Positions 13,901 through 27,361 of a stretch of DNA of 64,000 nt are shown one piece after another (position 1 is the first letter of the stretch; each line of letters begins with the position of its first letter). Origin of the DNA: Nageia nagi (lineage: Eukaryota > Plantae > Pinophyta); the NCBI GenBank assembly GCA_050084985.1, contig JBITNC010000001.1:17980001-18044000 (forward strand), read 5' to 3'. Both the position numbers and the translations under genes were made by a program. Below the pieces are notes generated by a model. The model was given only the letters and a program-made list of their open reading frames with translations. It had not been told where the DNA came from and searched no databases.

Positions 13901-15231
13901 CCTACCTGTCCTCCTACCCTAAAGCCTTTAGTATCTGCCAACTGAGAGATGTAATGCTCGAGAGTGGTGGCATAAAGCTTGGCCATAGTGTGGCCAATCA
14001 TGATGGTACAGTAATTGCTCAGGTTACAAGGGTCACCTGATTTGCAAATGGGATGGATAATGTTCAAGGTCCAGGGGGTGGGGAAGCCAGTGCAAATGAT
14101 GGTGTTGAAGAGATGGGAGAGGAAGGGGCATGATTGAACTAGCGTATTTGAGATATTCAGCTTGAAGGTTTTCAATGTTAAGCGCTTTCCTAGAACTAAG
14201 CGTACAAATGGCTTTATGGACAAATGGAGGGTAGAAGAAGTCGAAGGAGGAAGGGTAAGTGATAATGAGTGGAGGGATGTGGTTTGGAATGGTATAGAGC
14301 TTAGAGGCATAAGTGTTCCAATCTTGAAGAGTGATGAGGCTAGTGTGATGGCGTTTAGGTGAAAAAGAGCACCAAAAAGATTTAGGGTTGGTGTGGAGTG
14401 TTGAGATGATATCTTGTCATCTTTTAGCCAAGAAGTGGCACTTCTTGGTCCTCAAGAGTCGACGGTAACAACGATGTAGGGAATGAAGTTGCGCTTCTTG
14501 GTTCATTAGAAAGTGACTAGGACGACGAGGGCGGGGTGGAGGATGAGTGGTGTGAGGGAAAATCTGCATGACAGTGGTGTGCAGGGTCTCGGAAAGGAAA
14601 AGTGCTTGGTCATCGATGGAAGAAAAAGAGTGCATGAGGGGAAGTTTTTGCTTCAAGGCAAAAATATAATTGAGGGAAAGATCTCAATCAAAGTGGATGA
14701 CTGTACGAGGTGTGGGAGGGGCGAGGTGATGGGGGCAAAGTCCATGAGCGAAAGTGTCAGTGGGCATGGTCAGCAAGGGGGAGACAAGGGGCTACATAGA
14801 AGGCCTGACATAAGGGGACAAGTGAGGGGCTCACAAGGATGTAGTTGACAACACTGGACCCACCTGCGTGAGGAAAACATGTGTGATGATAGTCGTGGGT
14901 CTCCCCAAGCTCAAAGAGAGATCTCCCATAGGAGGAAGTAGGCATAGTATCATCGGATGCTTGTTGAAGCTCAACATCCCTCGTTAAGGTCCTAAGGTGT
15001 AGAGGATCCACTTGCTTATCAAAATACTATCTAAAGACTCCCTGTCCTACCATTGAAATCCCCTACCAAGATGATATCCCCTTGTATTGCATATCTAGAG
15101 ATCTCTAGGAAGAGGTCCAAGAATTGAGACTCACCATCTCCATGGATGACATAACATGAAGTCACTAGAGGGAAATAACAACTTGTTATGTAGAGCATGT
15201 TGAATATTAAGAGGATCCAAATTTTGGATCA
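10902..15231 (-). repeat. 3' LTR of element A, split into 10902-11837 and 15191-15231 by a LINE insertion
   Basis: The 5' LTR sequence AACTAGAGCATCTTCAATATTAAGAGGATCC is split here at AACTAGA (11837) and TAGAGCATGTTGAATATTAAGAGGATCC (15191). Confidence 0.9.
11838..15190 (-). mobile_element. 5'-truncated RTE-like LINE (APE endonuclease + RT), copy 1, inserted in the 3' LTR of element A
   Basis: GDIILVGDFNG at about 15050-15082; SVVNYIL..DH (endonuclease); NYCTIMIGHTMAKLY, FVDFRKAFDTV, GVKQGCLLS, LLFADDIVLL (RT); 3' (TTTC)n tail at about 11836-11850; TAGA present at both junctions. Confidence 0.9.
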
Positions 15232-15239
15232 TTTCTCCC

Positions 15240-18200
15240 CATTGAGAGAGCTTTTGACCCCAAAAGTATTTAGGATGTTGGAATGAGGTAAGGATAGAGC
15301 TTGACCATAAATCAATTCAATGTTGGCCCTTCAATCTGATACGCCACACCTCATGTTCACCACTGCGAGATGATCTTTTCTTCTTTTCAAATACTACATC
15401 CTCAAGCAAAACACTCATGTGCTCAAGGGCTAAATCCTCAACTGATGGTTACATAATCCCTACATCTTTTACAACCAAAGTTGGTTCGTACAACTTCAAA
15501 TTCTCAACATTCATAATGGAATAAATCTACATATAAGGTGGAAGATCTAACTGGAATTCATTATCACCAATTTGAGCAATAATAGTAAATGGTCCATACC
15601 TTATTGGTTTCAATTTTCTCTCTATCCCATGTTGTCTTTCCTTGCTAGGATGAAGCCATACCTGATCCCCAACCTAAAACTTGTGATCCAATCTATGATG
15701 ATCATGCTTCTCTTTGTCCTTAGCTTGACTCTTCTCCAATTATTCCTACACCTTTTGATGTTTCAACTTTATCCTCTCAATAAAATTCTTAGTCTGCTCC
15801 TCCTCATTATGAAGAATGGCATCTCCATTACGAGATGAAGCAAAAGCCATATCAAAAGGTGACTTTGGAAAATAACCAAAACATGTCTCAAAAGAAGATT
15901 CGTTAGTATAAGAGTGTAAAGCCCAATCATATGCATGTTGTATATAATTCAAATGTTCATTCCAAATCTTAGGATGCTTACCATAGTAACCTTGTAAAAG
16001 ATGTACCACTATCTTGTTTACCACTTTAGTTTTTCCATCTGTTTGCGGATAAAAAGTTGTGCTCCTCTTTAACTTAATATCTATCATTTCTCACAAAGAA
16101 ATCCAAAATTTTTCAAGAAACTTGAAATCCCTATCAAAAATAATAGAAGTAGGAAGACCAAAATGTATCCACACATAAGTAAAAAAAAGATTAGCTGCCT
16201 CTTGACCTGTCATAATCTTTTTATATGGTATTAGAATACACATTTTACTGAATCTACCCACAACCACATACAAATAATCATATCCTCTATTGGAAATAGG
16301 CAAACCTCTAATAAAGTCCATAGAAGTGCTTTCCCATGGTCGTGTAGGAACTGACAATGGCATATAAAGACCAAGCTTCCTGTTATTGGATTTGCTAACA
16401 CTGCATAGCATACACCCTTTGATATACCTGGATACATTTTCTTGCAATTTAGGCCAATAACAATACCTTTGCAAATTAGCAAGAGTTTTTCCAACACCGA
16501 AGTGTCTCAAAATATGAGAAGTGTGAGCTTCCCTAATAAGATCATTTCTCTCACCATTATGACTACAAAACTTGCCTAAATGAAAAAGTAATCCATCATG
16601 CATATGAAAGTCCATATTTCATTTCCATTACCATGACTCAATCTATGATAGATACTTTGGAAATGAAGATCATCAACATATTGTTCTTTATAACCTTCAT
16701 GCATCAAATAACTATTTTGTAGGATTATATCAACAACTACAATAGGTGGTCTAGACAACATATCAACAATCTTATTTTGTGAACCCTTTTTATACTTAAT
16801 CATCAAATGAAATTATTGCAAAAACCTTATCCAATAGAAATGTCTTGATTGTTGCAATTTAGATTGTGATTGAAAATATTGTAAAGGTTGATGATATGTA
16901 TGTATTATTATCTCTTTACCCACCAAATAATGTTTCTATATTTTAACACTTTGAACTAATGCAAATAACTCTTTATCATACGTGGGATAGTTTCTTACCG
17001 TACTATTAAACATCTCAGAGTGATAACAAACCGAATGCCTTTCTTGTAACAAAACTACACCTATAGCATAATCATTTGCATCAATTTCAATTTCAAAAGA
17101 TTGTTGAAGATTAGGCAAAGCAAGTATTAAAGCATTACTGGTTTTTCTTTTAAGCAAATCAAAAGCATGTTACTATTTTCCTTCCCACTGAAACCCATGA
17201 TTCTTCCCTGTAATAGCATGGGGTGGAGAAGCCATAAAAGAAAAACTAGCAATAAACTTATGTAAATATTACACAACCCCAAGAAAACTCTCTCTGTCAC
17301 TTTAGTGGGTGTTGGCCATTGCACAATAGCCTCAACTTTGGTAAGATCTATCTTCAATTGACCTCCACTTACAATGTAACCTAGATAGATTAAGTTTTTT
17401 TTAAAAAACTCACACTTAGATATTTTCAAATAGAGGTTAGCTTCCCTTAATACTTCAAACTCTTTTCGAATGAACATCACATGATCTTTCCAATTATTGT
17501 TGTAAATAAGAATGTCGTCCAAATACACTAACAAAATCATCAAGAAAAAGTTTGAAAACCTCATTCATCACTCATTAAAGTAGCAGGTGTATTGCATAAA
17601 CCAAACGGTAAAATCAACCACTCAAACAATCATTGTTTAGTTTTAAAAGCAATTTTCCAAACATCCTCATCTCTAACCCGCACTTGATGATAACCACTCC
17701 TTAAATCAAGTTTTGTAAAAAGTTTAGCTTTTTGTAATTGGTCCATTAAATTATCAATGTGTGGTAATAAATAACGATTCTTTACCCAATCCACACACAT
17801 ACGCCAAGTTCCATCTTTCTTTAGAATTATAACAATATAAGAACCACATGATGAAGTGCTAGGTCTAATGACTCCTTGATCTAACAATTCCTTTACTTGT
17901 TTCTTAATTTATTCACTTTCTATGATAGAATGTCTATATAAGCCAATATTAGGAAGTGCTACATCTTGATGCAATTGAATTTCATGTTGAATATTTCTTT
18001 TAGGTGGAAGTTCTTTAGGTATTTGAAATAAATCATGAAATTCAAAAATCACCTCTTTAACTTCTTTGTAATGAGGATCACATTCATCAAGAGCTTTAAT
18101 AATTTTCACTTCATTTTGAGATCTCACCATTGCAAAAGCAAACATTTGTCCTACATTAATAAATCTTTTTGTTTGTCCTACAGTAATCAAAGAAACACTT

Positions 18201-19742
18201 TTTACCTTGATTCGATGAGCATTAACCATATATTTAACTCCATCCTTAACGAGACTATGTTTGTTTTCCTTTCTATAGAACAAAGCATCTCTATCCCATA
18301 CATAAGGACTTCCTAGCATAATCCTACAAATATCCAAAGAAACAACATCAAGTAAAACTTCATCAATGAAATCCCTATTAATTCTAAAATTCAATTTGCA
18401 TTGTTGAATTACCTTTAACTTGGAATTTTTATAAACTCATCCCAATGGATATGGATGTGGATGTCATTGAGTAGTTAGTGCAAGTGATCTTACATATTTC
18501 TCTACAATCAAGTTAGCTTGAGAACCAAGATCAACCAATGTATCAATTCTAGTTTTCTTAAATTGTACCTTCATATGAAAAAGTTCATTTTGTTTCTTTT
18601 TCATATCATCATTATGTGTATCATGCAAGACCATACATGCCATTTTATCATCTACATCATAACCACCACCTACTTTTGTAATAATGGCTATTTGCTTCTT
18701 TTTTTCTTGTCATTTAGACTTAGGGCGTAATTTAGAATGTAATTTCCAACACTTTACCTCTAAATGACTCTCTTTTTTATTACGAGTACATAGTTCTTTA
18801 GATTTCTCTTTTTGAACCATAGAAGTAGTTTTTTATTTTTCTTTCCCATTTGCTTTTTCTTTTTCAGAATTATTTTTAGAAGAATTTTTCTTGTTTCCAT
18901 CCCTTACAAAATTTCCCCTTTTTTTTAAGTGTGTAGCTTGAACATAAACATTATCCAACTAAGTTGGATTAAACATCAATAGTGTATGCCTTAGATAATT
19001 GTGCAAACCACCAACATACTTAAAAAGAGTCTTGAGAATTAAGAGAAATACCTAGCATTGTAGCTCTTTTTTGAAACTCCGTAATGTATTCTTGCACACT
19101 TTGCCCTTCATTTTGATAGAAACTTTGCCATTCCTTAACTGCCTTTTGTCTATAGCCTAATGGATAAAATTAATCTCTTAGCATTTGTACAAAATGGTCC
19201 CAAGTAGCAATAAAAGCCTTAAGTGATTCTTTTTGTCTTTGTAAATGGATTTCCCACTAAATAAGTGCAATACCACCCATTTTAATGGTTGCTAATTGAA
19301 TTTTATCTTCATCATTTACAAAATGTGTATTCTACAATATACTTCAATTTATTCAATAATCTAACTTCTTAGCATTTACTTCACCAATAAACATAGGCAA
19401 ATCAAATTTTACTTATAATTTCAAATAACTTTTAAAAGGACCTTGTTTCTCATTATTACCTTCACTTATTTCAACTCTAGTTTTCTTTAATTTTTGTTCT
19501 TGAAAATATTGAAACTATAGAGATATTTTTTGAAACATTGTTGTGAGATCTGCAAGTTGCTTCTCAACATTAGCTCCACCTTCACCAAACATGGCTGCAA
19601 GCTCTCTTTGTTTCTTCAACCAAATCTTGGAACTAATTTCAGGATCTCCTTTCACAATATCCCCTTCTGTTTTCTTGCTTTGTAATTTGGTATTCATACA
19701 AGAACAATTCCAAAATACCCAACAACAAACTAGCAAAAACAA
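15240..19742 (-). pseudogene. gag-pol of element A (gag, aspartic protease, RT, RNase H, integrase), with many stops and frameshifts
   Basis: KLDLRSGYHQVR, VYLDDILIY (RT), EIDANDYAIGVVL and YDKELFALV (RNase H), integrase HHCC and MDFIRGLP, FYPQTDGKT (ORFs 15746-18394). Confidence 0.92.
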
Positions 19743-19782
19743 AAGTTAAATCCCAAGCATATAACTACTCTAATACCAATCT

Positions 19783-20798
19783 TGATCCATAATTTAAATG
19801 ATTAAACTTGAACTTTAATATTTTTAGAGAATCAATTTCACACTTAATTAAATTAAATGCTTGCAACTGAAGATTTACAAAATTAGAAATAGAACCATGT
19901 GCAAAACCAAAGAACAAAAAAAATCACACCACACAGAGACAAATCAATTACCCTGGTTCACCTGGTGTGGGCTACATCTAGCAACAAAAGCTCTCTTCAA
20001 TCAGTGGGTGAAATGGTGTACAATGACCTCCACAATCTTTCAGCACCTCTTTTCATATTCACACAAACACCACAACTATGAAACACATAGAAAATTGCAT
20101 TCCAACTCTCTACAATCCTTTTTCCCAAACACTTCCAAATTGTCTCATTTTATAAGAGAAAGACAAACTCAAATTTGGAGTGTTTTACAATAAGAAGAAA
20201 CCATAAAATCATTATTTACAGATACCCAATATCCTTCTCTAGCTGTAGTTCAAATTTGGGCTCAAATGGTTGAGCAAATCTCTCATAATAGGCTTCCGAA
20301 GTTTAAAATACACTCTGGATAAAAATTTTAACAGGCCTACAAATAAACTTTATCCACCAATAAAAATATTTCATACACATTTAAAAACAATCAAATCTTG
20401 CAAAAATCACTAAACATGGTGGATCCCATAATATGTCACCACTTGGCAGCTTGTAATTTGACCTCCAAAATACCCCCTCGCAATCTGGCTTCCAAAACGT
20501 CCTCCATTTCATTAAAAAAATTGCAAACTGCAAAATGCAATAACTTTTGATCATGAAATTGGTTTCACGAATCGTAAAAAGTGTCAAAAAGTGGACGATG
20601 AGCTCTACAACATAATGTAATAATTTCTTTTTGCCTTTTGTATTTTTTAATAAAAAAAATACCCAAACTTTGAAAACACATTTCTCACACATATGAGATC
20701 AGATTCTCAATCCGAAAGAAGCATCACGAAGCTGGAGACGAACTTAACACAATAAACTAGAGCATCTTCAATATTAAGAGGATCCAAATTTTGGATCA
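19783..20798 (-). repeat. 5' LTR of element A (1016 bp)
   Basis: Homologous to 10902-11837 plus 15191-15231 (ORFs 11019/19899 and 11131/19861 are near-duplicates). Confidence 0.93.
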
Positions 20799-21838
20799 AA
20801 ATTATTAGTGGCAAGCGCACTAGAAGCAAATGTGTTTGTTGTAACAATGTTGAGGGTTGTCACCTAAGAATTCCATGTATTCTGATCATTGTTGGAACTT
20901 CAAGTGATAATGTGAGGAGTTTTTTTTAAGAGAGGAGAAGATGTCTAAGCACAAAAGGGAGATTATTGCAATTTACAAGTATACAAATGCAACAAATATT
21001 CGTGTGATCATTAGCACTTATCCATTCTTATAGCAACTACATGCTTTTCGCCTACACACTTCATATTGTGTGTGTTTTCAGTGGAGGCAAAGCAAATACA
21101 GTTCAAAAAGAGGGATCACTGATTGGTCAGGTGATGTGTAATATGTTCTATGATCTCAGCAATGACATGAAATTCCATTTCAAGGATCTAAATAAGTTTG
21201 AGTGTTTCAAATTAAGTGGACAAGCCATGAACTTCCTTTTTATGTTCAAGATGCCAAGTGACAAGCAATTATTAGAACCGCCCATATATATTGTTGTTTA
21301 ATATTTTGTATGGTTGTTTCGATTTGATTGTTACGATTTAAATATATTTAGGTATTTAGAATTGTATATAAGAGAAAGTGGTAATAATATTTAAAATAAA
21401 TAGTACATGAAATTTACTATTTAAAATTAAAAAAGAGAGATTTAAAAAAAATAACAATACTAATTTTAATTACTATTGTTAAAATATAAAAGGGCATGAT
21501 CGATGGTACTTGATACTCCAAAAATTAAAGTTCACATCAAGGGAGGTTGATATATTCTTCCTTCATACAATGTGCATTGGATTTAGAAGAATGTTTCAAG
21601 TTGTCACAGACATCAGAAGAAAATAAAACCTTGACCTTCAACCGATAGAGTGAACCTTATATGCAATAATTTACTCTATTACACTTGGTGGTTGCTACGA
21701 TTGTTAATCCATGCAATTTGACAAGATGAGGAAATTACTATAAGGATGCTCAAAGACACTCATTGTGAAAAAGCAAGCTTAAAAATTGTATCGGTAAATG
21801 AAAAGATATACACTATTTATTATTGATGGATGCATTTG

Positions 21839-23022
21839 TGTGATGCCCCCCTTGCATAAATGGAAATAATTATGGTAATCCAATGGATTCCCCTTTTGTA
21901 TTAGATTTCATTATTGTTATGGTGCTTAAAGTTGGGACTTGGGATAGAAGACTTAATGGGTCAATGGACCCCACTGTGAGCCCCAAGTGGGACGTTTCCC
22001 TCCCAAGCATAGATTAGGAGTTTTATTGTACTTGGAGGTCCCAATAATGATTGTGGGAATCCCAAGGTTTATTTAGCATTTAGATGAATGGATGAGCACT
22101 TATGTACATGTGCTAGCCTTGGGGAGACTCCTAGACCCCCATATTGGCCCATGATGACACCTAGCCCCCACACGACTCCTAGACCCACGTTAAGCATGCG
22201 TGGCACTCTAGACCGCCACGTTGGCATTTATGGCACCTGGGCACCCACATTGGACATGCCTGACCCTTAGGCACCCACATTGGGCATTTTGGCCCCCTAG
22301 GAGGCTAACATTGGATTAGAGGAGCTGGTTAATGACTCCTATGTGAGATCCAAATCTAGTAAAGTGTATAAAAAAGCATTGGAGCCTCATAGTTGGATAT
22401 ACTTGATTATTATTACATTTGATATCATCCAAAGGACAAGAAGACTTAGCCCAATGCTAAGCAAACCCCTAGGTGCAACATCTATGAGGATTAGCAGGTT
22501 GAGGGATCTTGTTAGTCTACGACGCTGGTGTAGCACCCTTGCCCATCCAGTGGTATTCCAAGGTTACGCTTCTACCATTCAGTTGGTCACTAGGATCAGA
22601 GGAGGGCTCCTTCGATGGAGAGGATTTGGGTTTTGAGGTAGCAAAATTGGCCCATCCTTCCATCCAGCTTGAGAACATTGTTGTGCCCTAGTTGGCTCCT
22701 TGGAGGCCAACATCCAGCTCTAGGAGCTTAGTATTGTATCATTGTTCATTTCATATCATTATACAACCATTAGGCCATTCAATCTCTAATTTACACTATT
22801 TACTTGTTCATGTTTGCAATGTTGAGTTATCTTTGCATGTATGCGATTGTATGAGCCCTATGTTGGCATTTTGTAGTGTTGTATATTGTTATCTGTCAGT
22901 TTTTGCTAGATGTTGGCATTGATGTGTTATGCATGCATTATCTAGATGCCCTAGACCATACGTTCCGGTTTACTTGTGTGTTTTAAGCATTTTGCACTTG
23001 ATGTTGTATTTGGATCTTTATA
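21839..23022 (+). repeat. 5' LTR of element B (1184 bp)
   Basis: Starts TGTGATGCCCCC; homologous to 29104-30015; contains short CTAGACCC/GCACCCACATTGG repeats. Confidence 0.92.
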
Positions 23023-26000
23023 GTGGTATCAAAGTTGAAGATTTTGTCGCCTGAGGAAATGGAAGCGAAATCTACAACCACAGTGAAGAAGTCAGAATTT
23101 GGAAGGGTAGTTTTCTACCAACTTCAAAAATTTGAAAATAATAAGATCCCTTTGAAGCAAAGGGAGAGGCTCTTATGGTTCCTAGGTGAACAACATGAGG
23201 AGAAGATGTGCAAGAAGAGAGGGCATACGTGGAACCCAGATTTGTGCCTCCGCACAAGACTCTACCAAAGATCGAAATCTTGCTCCAAATCTACTGGGGA
23301 ACTACCAAAGGGTTCCACATAGACATCACCTTCCAGTTGTACCAGGATCTTCTAGGGAATAGAGTGGTGGCATGGCAAAAAACCAAAGTTAGGAAGGAGG
23401 AGGCAACCAGGATCGCAACGTTTAGATTAGGGCCACCAAGAGGAGCTAGGGAGGTGGATACCCCATTGGATCGGAAGAAGAGGGTCGAGCGGAAGTTGTC
23501 ACTTAGATTTGATGCCACTAGTAGTAGACTAGAGGCCGTCACGCAGATGGTATCGACCAAGAAGATGAGCGCTATCATCCGAAAAGGGTAGATCGAGTGG
23601 GGCTATGTTTTCACTTTGGCCAAGAGAGGCCCCACGTTGCATTTTGGGGAGCCCAAAGAGCAGCCGTTGGAGGTCCAACACATCTTGGACTAGTATTCGA
23701 ACATCTTCGAAGATATGACCAAGGGCTTGCCACCATCCAAAGGGTTTAAGCACACAGTTGAGTTGGAACTGGAAACCAAGCCTGGTTTGATCACTCCTTA
23801 CAGGCATCCAAAGATCTACAAGGATGAGATAGAGAAGACAATCAAGAAACTGCTAGATATGGGATTGATACGACCTAGCTCTAGTCCTTTTGCCTCTTTA
23901 GTTGTGCTAGTCAAGAAGAAAGATGGGACTATGAAGATGTGTATTAACTACTGATTGCTCAACAAGAAGACCATCAAAACCACGTATCACATTCCTAGAG
24001 TGGATGAACTCATTGATGAATTGTATGGGGCCAAATACTTTTCGAAAATAGATTTGAGATCCGGATACCATCAAATCAAGATGAAGGAGGACATCCACAA
24101 GACGACATTCAAATGCCATTTTGAGTTTCTAGTAATGCCTTTCATATTGAATAATGCATCAGCCACCTTCCAATCAGCTATGAACCAGGTTTTCAGAGAG
24201 CAACTGAGGAAGTTTGTGTTAGTCTTCTTTCATGACATCCTAGTATACAACAAAACATGGGAAGAACACCTCAATCATCTGGACCACGTTTTGAAGACAT
24301 TGCAGGATCAGAAATTTTATGCCAAACAATCCAAGTGTGACTTTGGTATGATTGAGATTCTATACCTTGGTCACATCATCAACTATGAGGGAGTTAGTGT
24401 GGATGAGCAAAAGATTGTAGCTATCCAGAAGTGGTTGGCACCCACGTCCTTAACATAGCTAAGAAGGTCTTTGGGGCTATGCAACTACTACATGAGGTTC
24501 ATATGTGGTTTCTCCTACTTGGCTGCCCCCCCTAACACAATTGCCAAGAAGGATGCATTCGTTTGGAGTGAGGGTGCTCAAAAGGCCTTTGAGACACTCA
24601 AAAGGGTCATGTGTTCCTGTCCTTGTTTAGCTATACATGATTTCTCAATCCCTTTCACAGTGGAGTGTTATGCATCCAAACTTGGTGTTAGAGTTATACT
24701 CATGCAAAAGGGGCAACCGATTGCATTTGAGAGTAGGAAATTATCTAATGCAAAGCAAAGTTTCAGTGTGTATGATAAGAAGATGTTGGCCATCATGCAT
24801 GCATTGGAGATGTTCAAGCAATACCTAGTTTGTGGTCCATTCATCATAAAAAATGACTACAATAGCTTGAAGTACTTTCTCAGCTAGTTAGATTTGAGTG
24901 AGAAACAACAAAGATGGGTAAGTAAGCTTCAATCCATTGATTTTGAGATCCAATACATCAAGGGAAAGAAGAATATAGTTGTTGATGCATTATCCAAAAA
25001 CCCATCCTTTTACTCTCTTCTGTCACTAATAATTAGAAGAAAACGTTAAAGTTTGAATACACTCATGATGAGTTTGCTCAAGGCATCCTAAGTGGGACGA
25101 TGAAGAACAAGAGGTACATGGTTAAGGACGGATTGATCTTGAAAGGGAATAGGATATTCCTAAGTCCTAAATCTGAGGTGAAGAAGAAAATGCTCCATGC
25201 CTTGCATAACACCCCTTTTGCAGGACATCTAGGCATAACCAAGACCTACAAGGTAGTGAGAGAGAGGTTCAAATGGAAGGGGCTGAAGCAAGACGTTTTG
25301 AGGCACATCCAGGAGTATGTGCAATGTTAGGAAAACAAGGGGGAGCATGTGAAACCAACAGGGTTGCTCCAACCATTATCTATTCCTCAGCAGAAATGGT
25401 AAGACATCTCCATGGACTTCATCACTGGTCTTTCGAAGGCACAAGGCAGAGATAACATCTTTGTGGTGGTTGATAGGCTCGCCAAATTTGCCCATTTCTT
25501 TGCCATCACTATCACATATACAGCAACACAATTGGCCGACCTATCCTTCAAGGAGATTTTCATATTGCATGGGTTGCCTAAGAGGATTGTGAGTGATAGT
25601 GACAACAAACTCATGAGCTTGTTTTGACAAGAATTGTACTGGTTAAGTGGCACCAACCTCACCCCAAGCACTAGCTACCATCCACAAACAGACGGGTAGA
25701 TAGAAATCGTCAACAAGTGGATGGAAGGGTACTTGAGACACTATGTGATAGGGCAACAACATACGTGGGCCAAGTGGCTCCATGTTGGGGAGTATTGTTA
25801 TAACTCCACCTATCATGTGTTGATCAAAATGTCTCCCTTCAAAGCTTTGTATGGTTATGATCCTCCTAACTTTACAGACTTGATTTTTGATGAAGGTAGG
25901 TCTCAAAAGCTAAAGATTTCTTGCAGGAATACCAGGACATCATGAGAGCATTGAAGGAGAACCTGCAGATGGCCCAAAATCGATGAAAAAGGTACTATGA

Positions 26001-26180
26001 TTATGTTAGGTCCCTATACATTATTATTGTTAGGTCGGCTATGGTTATTATTATTTCCTTACATTATTATTGTATGTCGGCTAGTGTCCTTTCATTGTAG
26101 TGGCACCCCTTGGACTCCTATATATACTAAGGAGGTATTATCATTTGAAGATGTCTATTGTTGTGTAATTGATGTGATGT

Positions 26181-26246
26181 AAAGGAGGTTGCCCCCTCGA
26201 AGTGGCTTATTACAAAGGAGGTTGCCCCCTCGAAGTGGCTTATTAC
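26181..26246 (+). repeat. Perfect 33-bp tandem repeat inside the element C LTR (also present in the 3' LTR)
   Basis: AAAGGAGGTTGCCCCCTCGAAGTGGCTTATTAC x2. Confidence 0.95.
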
Positions 26247-27361
26247 AGATTTTATCTCTTATTCAATGCGTTGAGCTCTCTCTTTGGTGATTTTATGCTA
26301 TTTTGGGAACTTTGTTCATAACATTTGGTACCAGAGCAGACGATTCTAGGGTTTCACAGCTCAAAACTAGTCATCGTGGCATTTTCGCTACCAATTGTTT
26401 TTCGGGAGGATTCAGATTTTGAAATTTATTGGGTTTTTTGAAGACATAACGAAGAAGTTTCGGTTAAAATTTCAGCTCCTAATTCGCTATATTTTTTAAG
26501 TTACACTCAGGGGAAGTTAAGGTTTGTGACTAGTCGCAAAAGCAGGTCTGAAACAGGTGTTCTAGCTAAAAAGGGTATATCTGAAGTTTTACAGCTCCAA
26601 AATAGGTGAAACCTATTGTATTGGTTAGGTTATATACTAAAGTTTATTTGTTACAATTTTCAAGGTCTGAGAATAAACAGGTGACACAAGGCACTTCATA
26701 CAAGTTCGCTCTTCAAAAAAATCCAAAAATCAGCACATTTTGGGAAAATTGCAGTCATTTCCTCTTGGACTATCAGAATTTGACGAAATATGTGGCATTG
26801 AAAAGAAGACATCTGAGGCTACCATAGGTATAAATTTAAGACTCTAAAGGGCCAAAATTTCATATTTACATCAGTTGGAAGGTTGGATAATAGAACAGTC
26901 TCCAAATCACGATTTAAAAAGGTACAATTTATTTATTTATTTCTTTAAATTTGCATATATTTTGATTGGAAGGTCTATTTGGGGTGATTCATAAGCTATT
27001 GGAAAGAAAAGAAAGAGTAGATTCTTTTAGGTATAGATGTGTTCTGGCATCTTTAAACATAGGAGCTGTCGTTACTTTGCCAGCACTGCATCCCGAGGAA
27101 TTGTGGTCTCCTACAACGTACTCGCAGTATATCGCTTAGGCCACTGTTGGATTCTCTCACGTACCTTTGAGTATATAGAGAGGCCATCATGCTCATGCAC
27201 GTACATGGTATATAGAGAGGTCCTTTAGGATTCCCTCACGTACCGCGAGTATATTAGCAAGGGCCCTTTTCGAACGGTTGTGCATTAGACAGCACTAGCA
27301 CAGAATTGAGCTCCCACGTACCTGGCGTATATAGGGAGACCCCCTAGAATACTTAGTCAAA

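Larger units (their letters stand above)
10902..20798 (-). mobile_element. Full-length degenerate Ty3/gypsy LTR retrotransposon (chromovirus-like), element A
   Basis: TG..CA termini (TGATC..GATCA); 5-bp TSD AAATT at 10897-10901 and 20799-20803; PBS TGGTATTAGAGT at 19778-19767; PPT GGGGAGAAA next to 15231; gag-PR-RT-RH-INT order on the minus strand. Confidence 0.95.

Noticed and set aside
25997-26182. Duplicated small hydrophobic ORF (also 28301-28495)
   Set aside because: It is simply the identical LTRs of element C
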